Source: Candidatus Woesearchaeota archaeon (lineage in GTDB: Archaea > Nanobdellota > Nanobdellia > Pacearchaeales > GW2011-AR1). Taken from it: a DNA stretch of 55,086 nt. How positions within the stretch are numbered: position 1 is the stretch's first letter; each line of letters begins with the position of its first letter. This document shows positions 8,784 to 18,172 of this stretch, piece after piece. The position numbers and the translations under genes were made by a program. The stretch covers positions 1-55,086 of the forward strand of contig CAZAIT010000002.1 in assembly GCA_964485325.1 (NCBI GenBank), written 5' to 3'. The notes under the pieces are model-generated. The model was not told where the DNA came from, searched no databases, and was given only the letters and a program-made list of their open reading frames with translations.

Positions 8784-8933
8784 TCAACTTCGTCGCTTGA
8801 AGGGTGCTGATCGAGGTGGTGCATCTCTTATTTGTATAAATCTGTAATTAACTAGCTCTGTTTCTGAGTTACATTTCTTACATTTATTTTTCAGTGTGTA
8901 TGATTTGCATTTAGGACATTTTTTTAGAATCAT
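8784..8933 (-). CDS. nop10: H/ACA RNP protein Nop10 (49 aa), not in ORF track
   Basis: Hand translation MILKKCPKCKSYTLKNKCKKCNSETELVNYRF... shows the Nop10 zinc-ribbon pattern. Its ATG overlaps the aIF2-alpha stop (TAATG). aIF2alpha-Nop10 is a conserved archaeal neighbourhood. Confidence 0.75.
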   Translation of the reverse strand: MILKKCPKCKSYTLKNKCKKCNSETELVNYRFIQIRDAPPRSAPFKRRS

Positions 8934-9637
8934 TATTTTTCCTCGTTTGTATAAAATTCGCAGTTGCTTTCTTTAGCCTTTTTTTCTAGTTTCTCAATTA
9001 TCTCTACCATTTCTTTTTTTCCTTGTTTAAAATCGTCAACGATTAATTTCAATTTAAAATTCCCTGCAGAAATATATGTAACTGAGACATTAGGATTTTC
9101 GAGAGATAAAATATTTTTTATTTGAATTAATCCGTCTGAGCCTATACATTTTATTTTTATGTTTCGTGTTAGTTGTTGATTTTTCTTTCGCTCTCTTGCA
9201 ATCTTTTTTATTGCTTCTTGTTTTTCCTCTGGAATATACTTTGAAATTATAGAATCGTCTTCCTTTATTGACTTTATGAATTCGGCTAAGTTCTCAAAAT
9301 CTTTTAGAATTTTTTCTTTTATAGATTTTTCATCTTCTTTTAATATTTGTCTAAATGCTACATCTATGGCTTGAGATTGTTTGAAGGCTTGCATTATTTC
9401 TTTTCTTTCTTTTGAATTAACTCTTCTTAGAGATAGTTTAATATGGTCGCCATCAACTCCTAGAACTTTACAAACTATCTGTTTATTTGGGACTACATAT
9501 TGACGCATTAATTTTATTCTACCAGGCGCGATTTCAGATGAGACTATTGTTCCTTCTTGCCCATTCGGCATACTTACGAATGTAATTGTATTTGTTACAC
9601 TCTCTACTTTGCATAGTACTATATCTCCTTCTTCCAT
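8933..9637 (-). CDS. eif2a: translation initiation factor aIF2 alpha subunit
   Basis: N-terminal S1 domain (EGDIVLCKVESV...LSLRRV). It sits between S27e and Nop10 as in other archaea. Confidence 0.8.
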   Translation of the reverse strand: MEEGDIVLCKVESVTNTITFVSMPNGQEGTIVSSEIAPGRIKLMRQYVVPNKQIVCKVLGVDGDHIKLSLRRVNSKERKEIMQAFKQSQAIDVAFRQILKEDEKSIKEKILKDFENLAEFIKSIKEDDSIISKYIPEEKQEAIKKIARERKKNQQLTRNIKIKCIGSDGLIQIKNILSLENPNVSVTYISAGNFKLKLIVDDFKQGKKEMVEIIEKLEKKAKESNCEFYTNEEK

Positions 9638-9673
9638 TTTGAGATTGTTGGTTTAGATAAATTCGAAGACGTA

Positions 9674-9844
9674 TTACAAAACTTCTTCTATTCTAGACCG
9701 AACTTTTGCCTTGCCTCCAGAAGGTATTGCTAAAACAGTTCCACATCCTAAGCACCTAACTTTTGTTGAAGCTTTTCCAAATATCGTTTGGGATGCTTTA
9801 CATTTTGGGCATTTTACTCTGATAAATTTTCCTTTCTTTTCCAT
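9674..9844 (-). CDS. rps27e: ribosomal protein S27e (56 aa), not in ORF track
   Basis: Hand translation MEKKGKFIRVKCPKCKASQTIFGKASTKVRCLGCGTVLAIPSGGKAKV... shows the C4 zinc-ribbon S27e pattern. Confidence 0.8.
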   Translation of the reverse strand: MEKKGKFIRVKCPKCKASQTIFGKASTKVRCLGCGTVLAIPSGGKAKVRSRIEEVL

Positions 9845-9895
9845 AAAAATAGGTGTAGATTTTGGTTTTTAAGCCTTGGGGTTTAATTTTATTTT

Positions 9896-11245
9896 CTAAA
9901 TCTTCACAACTTCAATTTCTAACTCTTGCTTTAATGCCTCAATAAAGGAAGATTCTTTTTCTTTTTCTATCAGGCATCCTGCTGCAAAGTGATGTCCACC
10001 AACTTCCATTTTTGATTCTGGATTCTTTTTCTTAAAAGTAAAGGCGGCTCTCTCTAGAATTTTTTTTAGGTTTCTGCCTTTTTGTCCTACAGCCCTTGCT
10101 GAAATTTTGACTTTGTCTCCACGATATGCCATGCCTATCAATATCGTTCCCTCTGCATATTTTGAGGATGAAGAAAGCATTGAGCATATTGTCCCGATTA
10201 TTACGTCTTTGATTTGATTTTTTGCATTCATAATTACGAATCCTTTCCCGGTTATTTTGTCTATCTTTTGTATAACTTTTAATCCAGATACCAATTCGTG
10301 TTTGTATTCTGTGTATATATCTAGAGCTTTTACTTTTGCTTTCTCATTTTCTAAACAATATGAAATTGCGATATCGCTGTGTCCGAGTCTGGAACATGCG
10401 TTCACTAGTACGGATATTTCTCTGACATCTTCCTCTGTATTGAAGAATTTTAAGATATATAAATTTCCTAGAATATCTTCGGTCCCGTGATTTTTACCTC
10501 TTCTTATTGTTATTGCTGTTATTAGTTTCGACATTTCATCTTTATTTAGGTCAATTAATGATTTGGTTTGCTGAATTCCAGTTTCGTTGAGTATTTCCAT
10601 GGCTCCAGTTCCATTGCCGGTAACTCCTGGGATATACGGAGAGGTTGACCATTCTAACGTTCTTCTCAGTGGTCGTGTTGCCGGATATATTATAAGTCCT
10701 TTCTGAATTTTAAGGTCTTGAATGTCCGCTATTATTTGTTTGTTTATTTCAGATAGATTTGATTCGTTTCTATCTCCGATTATTCCAATCATAGCGAGTG
10801 AAGACAAATCTTTGTTTTTCTGGGAGATAGCCTTTGAGAACAGGTAACATATTCCTGCTCCTGTTGCTTGGTTATTTTCTGGAGAGGAAGTTAGATGAGG
10901 ATTTATTATTTTGATTTTGTCGTTTAATTTTGACTTATCTATTTCGTGATGATCTAGAATAAATATTGGCTCATCTAGGTTTTGAAAGTGCTCTAGACTT
11001 CCTGAAGCAAGATCGGAAAATACTATGATTTCCTTTGGTTGTCGTTTTAATTCCTCTTCTATTATAGATTTCTCAAGTCCTTTAACTATTCTTAGCGTGA
11101 ACTTTTTATCAAGTCGTTTGAATGTCTTTACTAGAATTGCTGCCGAAGTAACACCGTCGGTATCGTAGTGACTCACTATTCTTATTGGTTTGTTTTTGGA
11201 GTATTTTAGAAAATCCTCGGCAAACCTATTCACATCTTTTAACAT
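9896..11245 (-). CDS. RecJ-like DHH/DHHA1 nuclease (GAN/RecJ-Cdc45 type)
   Basis: DHH-family motifs SHYDTDGVTSA, DLASG and LDHH, plus the DHHA1 motif GGHHFAAG. It is adjacent to S15, as in many archaea. Confidence 0.8.
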   Translation of the reverse strand: MLKDVNRFAEDFLKYSKNKPIRIVSHYDTDGVTSAAILVKTFKRLDKKFTLRIVKGLEKSIIEEELKRQPKEIIVFSDLASGSLEHFQNLDEPIFILDHHEIDKSKLNDKIKIINPHLTSSPENNQATGAGICYLFSKAISQKNKDLSSLAMIGIIGDRNESNLSEINKQIIADIQDLKIQKGLIIYPATRPLRRTLEWSTSPYIPGVTGNGTGAMEILNETGIQQTKSLIDLNKDEMSKLITAITIRRGKNHGTEDILGNLYILKFFNTEEDVREISVLVNACSRLGHSDIAISYCLENEKAKVKALDIYTEYKHELVSGLKVIQKIDKITGKGFVIMNAKNQIKDVIIGTICSMLSSSSKYAEGTILIGMAYRGDKVKISARAVGQKGRNLKKILERAAFTFKKKNPESKMEVGGHHFAAGCLIEKEKESSFIEALKQELEIEVVKI

Positions 11246-11286
11246 AGGGTGAGCAGAAATAATTAATTTAAAAAGATATAGGTAAT

Positions 11287-11655
11287 TTATAATTTCTTTT
11301 TCTTTTTCCGATCTCGTATTGAGATTCCGAAGTATTTTTTGACTATATTGAGCCTTGATTGTGCGTGTTGCAACTTGTGTTTTGCGCTTCTGTCTGTTAT
11401 GTTGTTTTTCAAATGCTCTTTTAGATTCTCTACTTTCTTTTCTGCATTTTCAAGATCTTCATTTCTGTCAATTCCTAATTCTTTCATGTAGGCCTTTAAT
11501 TTTTCCCCGAATATCTTTGTTGTAGGTATTCCGTATTGGTCTCTAAGAATTATCCCGATTTGAGATGGTGCGTATTTTTCTGAGAGTTCTATAATTACTT
11601 TTTTTAACTCTGGTTCTTTCATTTTAACCCATGCTGGTTTTGCTAATTCTTTCAT
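11287..11655 (-). CDS. rps15: ribosomal protein S15 (S13e type)
   Basis: SQIGIILRDQYGIPT and the C-terminal helix pattern HLKNN..D..AKHKL....SRL. Confidence 0.85.
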   Translation of the reverse strand: MKELAKPAWVKMKEPELKKVIIELSEKYAPSQIGIILRDQYGIPTTKIFGEKLKAYMKELGIDRNEDLENAEKKVENLKEHLKNNITDRSAKHKLQHAQSRLNIVKKYFGISIRDRKKKKKL

Positions 11656-11836
11656 ATTAATTGATGTAAATAATGCTTTTTAAAGGTTAGGTTGATATTT
11701 TTAAAAACCAAGGTTTTTACCCAGTAGGCATCATGTTGGATATGGCACAAGAACCTGCGGGCAGGTGATTTGGTGATCTAAAGGTAATTATGACTTTCTA
11801 AAGATTTTTAAATTGTCTTTATTATTGAATATTACT

Positions 11837-11909
11837 AGCCCCGTAGTCTAGAGGCCAATGATCTTCGGTTTTGATCCGAAGGACCCAGGTTCGAATCCTG
11901 GCGGGGCTA
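11837..11909 (+). tRNA. tRNA-Gln (anticodon UUG)
   Basis: Hand-folded cloverleaf: acceptor AGCCCCG/CGGGGCU, anticodon arm UUCGG-UUUUGAU-CCGAA, T arm CCAGG-UUCGAAU-CCUGG. Length 73 nt. Confidence 0.85.
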
Positions 11910-11968
11910 TTGGTTTTTTCGTTTTTACTTGGAGAGATTAAATATTTTATTCAAGAATTAATGTAATC

Positions 11969-12586
11969 TTAGTGTTTGTATCTGCCTCGTTTTTCTACAA
12001 CCTCAAGTCTTTCGATTGTTTTTTTTGAATCTGCCCATTTATATCCTTTTGTAAATGCGTCGAAAAGCTTTTCGTTGTTTTGGAAATGTTTTGCCTCTAA
12101 CGCTTGTTTTATTAGGTGCAGATCTACCGCTTTGTCTTCTATTTTTGCTGAGATGAATCCGAGTCCGAAATCTATGATGTAAGGTTTATCTTCTTTTAGT
12201 ATAACGTTAGACGTGGTTAGGTCTCCGTGGATTATATTATTCCCATGAAGAAGCGCTACTTGTTTCCCGATTTGTTCCATTGTTTCAAATTGTTTTTTTT
12301 CTGGGTAGCCATTTAGAGTTTCAGAAAGTCGGTCGCCTTCAATGAATTCCAAAAGAATAGTTTGAGTTTCTTTGTCAATAGATTTTACTTTTGGAACATT
12401 AATTCCTATTTTATCGGCTTTGATTAGAATTTTCGCTTCCGAACGAGTTCGTCTAACTCTGATTTGTTTATCGAGTTGTGGATGACGATATCCTTTTACG
12501 ACTCTCTCTTTGTAGACTGTTGGTTCTATTTGCACAACTGATAAAAATATTTTTGCTTCTGCGCCTTGGGAGATTAGTTGTTTCAT
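11969..12586 (-). CDS. bud32: Kae1-associated kinase Bud32
   Basis: Small RIO-like kinase with GAEAKIF and HGDLTTSN motifs. Confidence 0.8.
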   Translation of the reverse strand: MKQLISQGAEAKIFLSVVQIEPTVYKERVVKGYRHPQLDKQIRVRRTRSEAKILIKADKIGINVPKVKSIDKETQTILLEFIEGDRLSETLNGYPEKKQFETMEQIGKQVALLHGNNIIHGDLTTSNVILKEDKPYIIDFGLGFISAKIEDKAVDLHLIKQALEAKHFQNNEKLFDAFTKGYKWADSKKTIERLEVVEKRGRYKH

Positions 12587-12637
12587 TATATATTTGAGTG
12601 CAATAGTATTTTTAAAGTTTTAAGGCGTTAGATCTTT

Positions 12638-14461
12638 ATGAACGACAAGTTCGAAGAAGTGTTGAAATCAAGCTTTAGACCAGTTAAGGTTGGAGATTTA
12701 TTAAGAACTAAGCTCTTTTCTGTCCCTTCTAACCAAAGAAATTACTCATGGAATACTGAAAAATGGGAAGAATTATGGAATGATTTAATTGAGATGGTGA
12801 CCTATAGAAATGGGGGATCTTTGGAGACTCATATAATTTATCATTTTATGGGACCTATGTTTTTTATAAACGTAGACAATGAAAACCTCTTTGAAATTTT
12901 TGATGGGCAACAAAGATTAATTACATTTACATTGTCGTTGCAATTAATTTGGGATATAATTGATTTTATTCGAGACGGTTTTCGACTTAGCGAAGAGGGA
13001 AGGAAAATTTATTCTTTAGTTACTCCCTGTATTAAGCAAGGTTCTAACGAAGAGAAAAATAGACTTTATTTGAATAAACAAAATGCGTCTATTTTTGGCT
13101 ATCTTATGAAACAAAGTAGTTCTCCTTTAGATAAGATGGAAGGCCCTCAAAAGAAGGTGGAACATATATCTTCTTATGAGATAATAAAGTGTTATACCTT
13201 CTTTTTTGATAAAATTATGAGTCGATTCTCTGAATTATCTGGTAAAATCGCAGAAACTCCTTCTTCAAGAGTTTCTCAACTTGAAACTTTTTCTAAAGAA
13301 GATACTTTTCAAGAATTTCTTTTTTCATTAGCAGAGGGGATAACTGACGGGTTTTATGTAGTAGATACTGCAATTTTTAATAAAGAAGCAGGGTATGAAA
13401 TGTTTGAAACATTGAACCAACGTGGGGAAAAGCTTCTTACGGCAGATCTTTTTAAAAATTTATTATTTACTAAATTCGGAAAGCATTTATCTCAAGGAAA
13501 AATAGAAACGTTTTGGGATAGGCTTATTGATATTGTTTCTGAAAAGAAACTTAAAGTTTTTTTGAGGCATTTTTGGATTTCAAATTATTGTTTTGTGCGA
13601 GAGAAGAAATTATTTACTAAGATGAGAGAGTATCTTAATTTTTTGGACATAACTGAAACTGAATTTGATAATTTTACTCAGAATATTTTGAATGAGGCCA
13701 AGATCTATTCTGCCCTAATGGATCCCTCTTCTGAATTTTGGAAGAATTTAGATAAAACCTCTCGTTTATTAGAAGAAATAGAAATTTTAGGATTTTTCCA
13801 ATATCGACCACTGCTTCTGGCTGTTTATCAAAAATGCTTCCAAGTTAATAAATCTAAATTTAATGAGATTTTGCAAACGTATTTGAATCTTATTGTTAGA
13901 AGATATCTTTTTATGAAGAGGAATGCTAATGAGTTTGAGGAAGACTATAGTTCTATGGCTCGTGACTTAAGGAATTCTAAAATAGGCCCGGATGATGTAA
14001 TAGCTTTTTTTAATTCAAAATTACTTGACAATTCCCAAATTATAGAACAGTTAAGTATGGGTATTGAATTAAAAGATCAGCAGGCTAGATATGTACTAGT
14101 TAAAATTGAAGATTCTTTGGCCGAAACTGAATTACATAGTTGTCTTAGAAATAATCCTTCTCTTGAACATATTCTTCCTAAATCTCCTTCTGAAGACATT
14201 AAGACTTCTTTAAAAGAAGAAGGAGTTTGTGATTATTCTGATATTCTTAATCGTCTAGGTAATCTTACGCTTCTTTCTAAGAAGGATAATTCCCGATTAT
14301 CTAATCTCCCATTTTTAGAAAAAAGAACGTTTTACATAGAAGATGGTTTAAAGATTAATTTACCTATAATTGAGTCGTATGAAAAGTTTGGATTAAAGGA
14401 GATTAATGAACGAGAAAAAGTTTTGTTAGATATTATATTTAAGAATGTTATCTGGGGATAA
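12638..14461 (+). CDS. DUF262 + DUF1524 protein (GmrSD-like type IV restriction / defence nuclease)
   Basis: N-terminal ParB-like DUF262 motifs (NQRNYSW, FDGQQRLIT). C-terminal His-Me finger motifs (LEHILPKSP ... GNLTLLSKKDNSRLSN). Confidence 0.75.
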   Translation: MNDKFEEVLKSSFRPVKVGDLLRTKLFSVPSNQRNYSWNTEKWEELWNDLIEMVTYRNGGSLETHIIYHFMGPMFFINVDNENLFEIFDGQQRLITFTLSLQLIWDIIDFIRDGFRLSEEGRKIYSLVTPCIKQGSNEEKNRLYLNKQNASIFGYLMKQSSSPLDKMEGPQKKVEHISSYEIIKCYTFFFDKIMSRFSELSGKIAETPSSRVSQLETFSKEDTFQEFLFSLAEGITDGFYVVDTAIFNKEAGYEMFETLNQRGEKLLTADLFKNLLFTKFGKHLSQGKIETFWDRLIDIVSEKKLKVFLRHFWISNYCFVREKKLFTKMREYLNFLDITETEFDNFTQNILNEAKIYSALMDPSSEFWKNLDKTSRLLEEIEILGFFQYRPLLLAVYQKCFQVNKSKFNEILQTYLNLIVRRYLFMKRNANEFEEDYSSMARDLRNSKIGPDDVIAFFNSKLLDNSQIIEQLSMGIELKDQQARYVLVKIEDSLAETELHSCLRNNPSLEHILPKSPSEDIKTSLKEEGVCDYSDILNRLGNLTLLSKKDNSRLSNLPFLEKRTFYIEDGLKINLPIIESYEKFGLKEINEREKVLLDIIFKNVIWG

Positions 14462-14462
14462 T

Positions 14463-14497
14463 AAACAAAATTCGATCGGTACGATCGTATTTTGTTT
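14463..14497. terminator. perfect hairpin between convergent genes (bidirectional terminator candidate)
   Basis: AAACAAAAT-t-CGATCG-gta-CGATCG-t-ATTTTGTTT. The arms are 9 bp plus 6 bp and the hairpin is flanked by T/A runs. Confidence 0.5.
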
Positions 14498-14502
14498 ACT
14501 GA

Positions 14503-15861
14503 CTAAATTTTCATCTTCCCTTTCATCTTCTTAGCCATTTTCTGCATCATCTTTTGGTCGATTTCTCCTTCGGCGAGGCCGTTTTGCATTCCCATCATTT
14601 CTTTAAGCATCTTGTATTGTTTTAGGAGTTCTCGTATTTCGGTTGTAGTTGTGCCGGAACCTTTCGCAGCTCTTTGTATTCTGGATGTTTGTTTTTCTAA
14701 GATTTCTGGGTTTTCTATTTCTTCTTCTGTCATTGAAGAGATTGCGTTTTTCCAGTGTTTCATTTTTGCTTCTTGTTTTACCAAAACGTTTTTTGGAACT
14801 TTAGCGGCTGACATTCCTGGAACCATTGAAAGCATTTTATCCATTGAACCCATTTTGTTCATCTGTTCTAATTGTCCTTGTAAATCTAAGAGGGTGAATT
14901 TTCCTTCTTTGAGTCTGTCTTCCATTTTTTTCTGTTGTTTTTCGGAGGTTGCAGATTTCACGTGTTCTAGTAAAGCGGATAAATCTCCCATCCCTAAAAT
15001 TCTTTGAATAAATGTTTCTGGGTTGAAAGTTTCAATTTCGTGGACCTGTTCTCCAACTCCTATAAAGAAAACTGGGGCGTTGGTTTCAGCACATGCGGTA
15101 AGGGCTCCTCCACCTTTTGAAGTTCCGTCCATTCTTGTTACAATAACTCCATCAATCGAGAGGGCTTTCTGAAATTCTTCAGCCTGTGTTTTTGCACTCT
15201 GTCCAATATCTGCAGACATAACCAGAATCCTGAAATCAGGTTTCAATTTTTTGTTGAGTTTTTCTATTTCTTTTATCAGTTCTTTATTCAATCCATCACG
15301 TCCGGCTGTATCAATTAAAACTAGATTGTATTTTTCTAAATCTTTTTCATATTTCTTTATTATTTTTACTGGGTCTTTTTCTTTCTTATCTACGAAGGCT
15401 GGGAGTTTCACTTTTTTTGCCATTTGTTCTAATTGATCCATTGCGGCTGGCCTCTGTGTATCTAGTCCTAGGAATGCGACATTTCTTCCCCTTTTAGAAT
15501 AGTATAATCCTAGTTTGGCGATTGTTGTTGTTTTACCTGCTCCATATAAACCGAGAAACATAATGCTTGCCTTTTTTGGAAGTTTGAGCTCTTTATTCTC
15601 TCCAAGGAGCAAACTGATTTCGTCATGAATTAATTTTACGAGTTGTTCCTTTTTATCTATGTCCTTAATAGTTTCATCGTAGGCCAGTTTTTTTATTTTC
15701 TGAGAAAGAGCAAAAACTAACTCTATATTTACATCGGCTTCAATTAAAGATTTCTGGATATCTTTCACAATTCCATCTATCAATTTCTTATCTATGAAAA
15801 TCGCGTTTGAAATTTTCTTTACTCCATCTTTTAGGGCGGAGCCTAGCTTTTCTAATACCAT
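14503..15861 (-). CDS. srp54: signal recognition particle protein SRP54
   Basis: GLYGAGKTTT, DTAGR and TRMDG motifs, with a Met-rich M domain at the C-terminus. Confidence 0.95.
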   Translation of the reverse strand: MVLEKLGSALKDGVKKISNAIFIDKKLIDGIVKDIQKSLIEADVNIELVFALSQKIKKLAYDETIKDIDKKEQLVKLIHDEISLLLGENKELKLPKKASIMFLGLYGAGKTTTIAKLGLYYSKRGRNVAFLGLDTQRPAAMDQLEQMAKKVKLPAFVDKKEKDPVKIIKKYEKDLEKYNLVLIDTAGRDGLNKELIKEIEKLNKKLKPDFRILVMSADIGQSAKTQAEEFQKALSIDGVIVTRMDGTSKGGGALTACAETNAPVFFIGVGEQVHEIETFNPETFIQRILGMGDLSALLEHVKSATSEKQQKKMEDRLKEGKFTLLDLQGQLEQMNKMGSMDKMLSMVPGMSAAKVPKNVLVKQEAKMKHWKNAISSMTEEEIENPEILEKQTSRIQRAAKGSGTTTTEIRELLKQYKMLKEMMGMQNGLAEGEIDQKMMQKMAKKMKGKMKI

Positions 15862-15967
15862 AATTTAAGGAGAAGAATAAGGGTTATTAAATTTGTGGTT
15901 TGTATATATTGGAATCATTATGATTGTTTTGCTAAAAAGTTATAAAGATTCCAAAATTTAAGAATTC

Positions 15968-17044
15968 ATGCTCAAAGAGATATCCCTAGTAGACAAAGAT
16001 ATAAGGAATTTTATTACGAACAAGAATGTAGAACATGTTGATGGTATAGATTTAGATAGATATGTACAACCGGCAAGTATGGATATTCCTGTTGGGAATA
16101 AGGCTTATCTTGTTAAATTTAAGTTTTTACCTTTTATGAAAGAAATAGATCATGTGATAAAAAAAGTTGCTTTAGAAGAGCTAGATTTGAGAAAAAACCC
16201 GATTTTATACAAAGGTCAGACTTATTTGATTCCTTGTTTAAAATTTAAAGATTTGCCTAAAAATTATTTTTGCAGAGTAAGTCCTAAGAGTTCGATTGGA
16301 AGAATTGATTTAATGGTTAGAGCGATTAATGATAATTCTTTTTACTATGATTATGTTGAAAATCCTAAAGGTACAATATGGCTTGAGGTTACGCCCCAGA
16401 GTTTCAATATTAGATTAGGAACAGGAATAGCACTTTCTCAATTGAAAGTTTTAGAAAAGGGAATAGGAACCGATATGAAGTTAAAAGAAGAAAATTTAAT
16501 TTTCAATAAGGATGGTGAAAGGTTAGAAGTGGAAACTTATTCTGATGATGAAATTATATTAAGGATGAGTGTTCCTGAGGATAATATTATTGGATATGTT
16601 GCTAGGACTACTAATAGTATAATTGATTTAAGTAAGATAAAGGAATATAATAGAAATGAATTTTTTAAAGAAGTCAAAATGATAGAAAGTGGCCATAGCA
16701 AAGTCTTACTTGAAAAAGACAAGTTCTATATTTTGAAAACTAGAGACTTTGTTCAAATTCCTCCACATCTTTCTGCTGAAATGATTCCATTAAATAATCT
16801 TCTCGGGGAATTTAGAGTTCATTATGCAGGGTTTTTTGATCCAGGATTTGGATATAAAATAAATGGAAATCAAGGTGTTCTGGAAATTAGACCACATGAG
16901 AATTTGGTTATTTATGATGAGCAACCAATCTGCTCTATGAAATTCTATAGAAATAGAGATATTCCAGAAAAAATATATGGGTTGGCTGGAAATAATTATT
17001 CTAAGCAAAAAGGGATTAAGCTTGCAAAATATTTTCAAGATTAA
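15968..17044 (+). CDS. dcd: 2'-deoxycytidine 5'-triphosphate deaminase, long (~360 aa) form
   Basis: VQPASMDIPVG, SPKSSIGRIDLMVR and HYAGFFDPGFGY. The length matches the long DCD family. Confidence 0.7.
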   Translation: MLKEISLVDKDIRNFITNKNVEHVDGIDLDRYVQPASMDIPVGNKAYLVKFKFLPFMKEIDHVIKKVALEELDLRKNPILYKGQTYLIPCLKFKDLPKNYFCRVSPKSSIGRIDLMVRAINDNSFYYDYVENPKGTIWLEVTPQSFNIRLGTGIALSQLKVLEKGIGTDMKLKEENLIFNKDGERLEVETYSDDEIILRMSVPEDNIIGYVARTTNSIIDLSKIKEYNRNEFFKEVKMIESGHSKVLLEKDKFYILKTRDFVQIPPHLSAEMIPLNNLLGEFRVHYAGFFDPGFGYKINGNQGVLEIRPHENLVIYDEQPICSMKFYRNRDIPEKIYGLAGNNYSKQKGIKLAKYFQD

Positions 17045-17045
17045 T

Positions 17046-18089
17046 TTATAATTCTAGTTTTTTAATCAACTCTTTTTTATCGAAAACTTCTAAGTCTTTG
17101 TATTCTTGTCCTGTTCCTAGAAATAAAATCGGCTTTTTGGTTATATGACTTACTGATATTGCCGTTCCACCTTTTTCATCTATGTCTGCTTTTGATAAAA
17201 TGATTCCGGTAAGCCCGATAGTTTCTTCGAAGGCTTTTGCCTGTTCTGTTGCATCGTTGCCTGTAATAGATTCTCCCAAAAATATTTTCATGTCGGGTTT
17301 GTTTACTCTACATATTTTTTCAATTTCTTTCATAAGAGAGTCTTTATTTTGCATCCGTCCTGCAGTATCAATCAAAACTACATCAATCTTGTTTTTTTTC
17401 GCGTATTCTATCGCCTCAAATCCTACTGATGCAGGGTCGGAGCCATAGTCTTTTTTTATTATATGGACCTTGAGTTTATTCGCATGTTCTTCTAATTGTT
17501 GAATCGCTGCTGCACGAAAAGTATCTGCGGCGGCTAAACATACAGATAATTTATTTTTCTGTAGATAGTTTGTTAATTTTGCGATTGTAGTAGTTTTTCC
17601 AGAGCCGTTGATTCCAGCGAATAATATTATGAATGGTTTCTTTACTTCCAGAGAATTCTTAATTTCTTTAATAAAATTTGGAGGATTAATCAAAATTGAC
17701 TCTATAGAATTTTTTAATTCTTCAGCTAAATTAACTTCTTTTAGCGTCTTGCCAATCAGTTTTTCTGCGAGAGACTCTTTAATGGATTCTATTGCAGAGT
17801 AAGCTACGTTGTGTTGAAGTAGAATCATTTGTAATTCCTCAAAAAGTTCGTCAAATTTTTCTTCTGTTAATCTTTTTTTAAACTTCATAAAAAATCCACT
17901 ATCTTCTTTTTCACCAATTATTTCTTCTACTGATTCTTCTGGTTTTTCTTTGGTTTTTTTCTTATCTTTGACTTCTTTTTTCTTTATTTCTGATTTTTTC
18001 TTTTTAGGCTTCTCTTTTATTTCTGGTACTTCGTCTTCTTCGTTTTTCTTTATCCAACTTTTAAGCTTATTTTTTAGTGACCCGAACAT
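17046..18089 (-). CDS. ftsY: SRP receptor FtsY
   Basis: K/E-rich N-terminus, then GINGSGKTTTIAKL, DTAGR and SKADID motifs. Confidence 0.9.
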   Translation of the reverse strand: MFGSLKNKLKSWIKKNEEDEVPEIKEKPKKKKSEIKKKEVKDKKKTKEKPEESVEEIIGEKEDSGFFMKFKKRLTEEKFDELFEELQMILLQHNVAYSAIESIKESLAEKLIGKTLKEVNLAEELKNSIESILINPPNFIKEIKNSLEVKKPFIILFAGINGSGKTTTIAKLTNYLQKNKLSVCLAAADTFRAAAIQQLEEHANKLKVHIIKKDYGSDPASVGFEAIEYAKKNKIDVVLIDTAGRMQNKDSLMKEIEKICRVNKPDMKIFLGESITGNDATEQAKAFEETIGLTGIILSKADIDEKGGTAISVSHITKKPILFLGTGQEYKDLEVFDKKELIKKLEL

Positions 18090-18172
18090 ATTTCTTATAG
18101 GAAAAGTTTGTTTAAAATTGTTTGGAAGAGGAGTATAATAATCGTTTTAAAGCACCTAAAGCTGTTTGTTCT

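Noticed and set aside
11700-11790. Slightly GC-richer patch upstream of tRNA-Gln as a possible sRNA
   Set aside because: Only one short 4-bp tetraloop hairpin (CCUG-CGGG-CAGG) was found. I could fold no cloverleaf or box motifs on either strand.
14612-15007. 131-aa plus-strand ORF (similar cases at 15251-15436, 17182-17448, 17608-17802 and 17950-18138)
   Set aside because: These are antisense ORFs inside srp54 and ftsY, both of which have unambiguous GTPase motifs.
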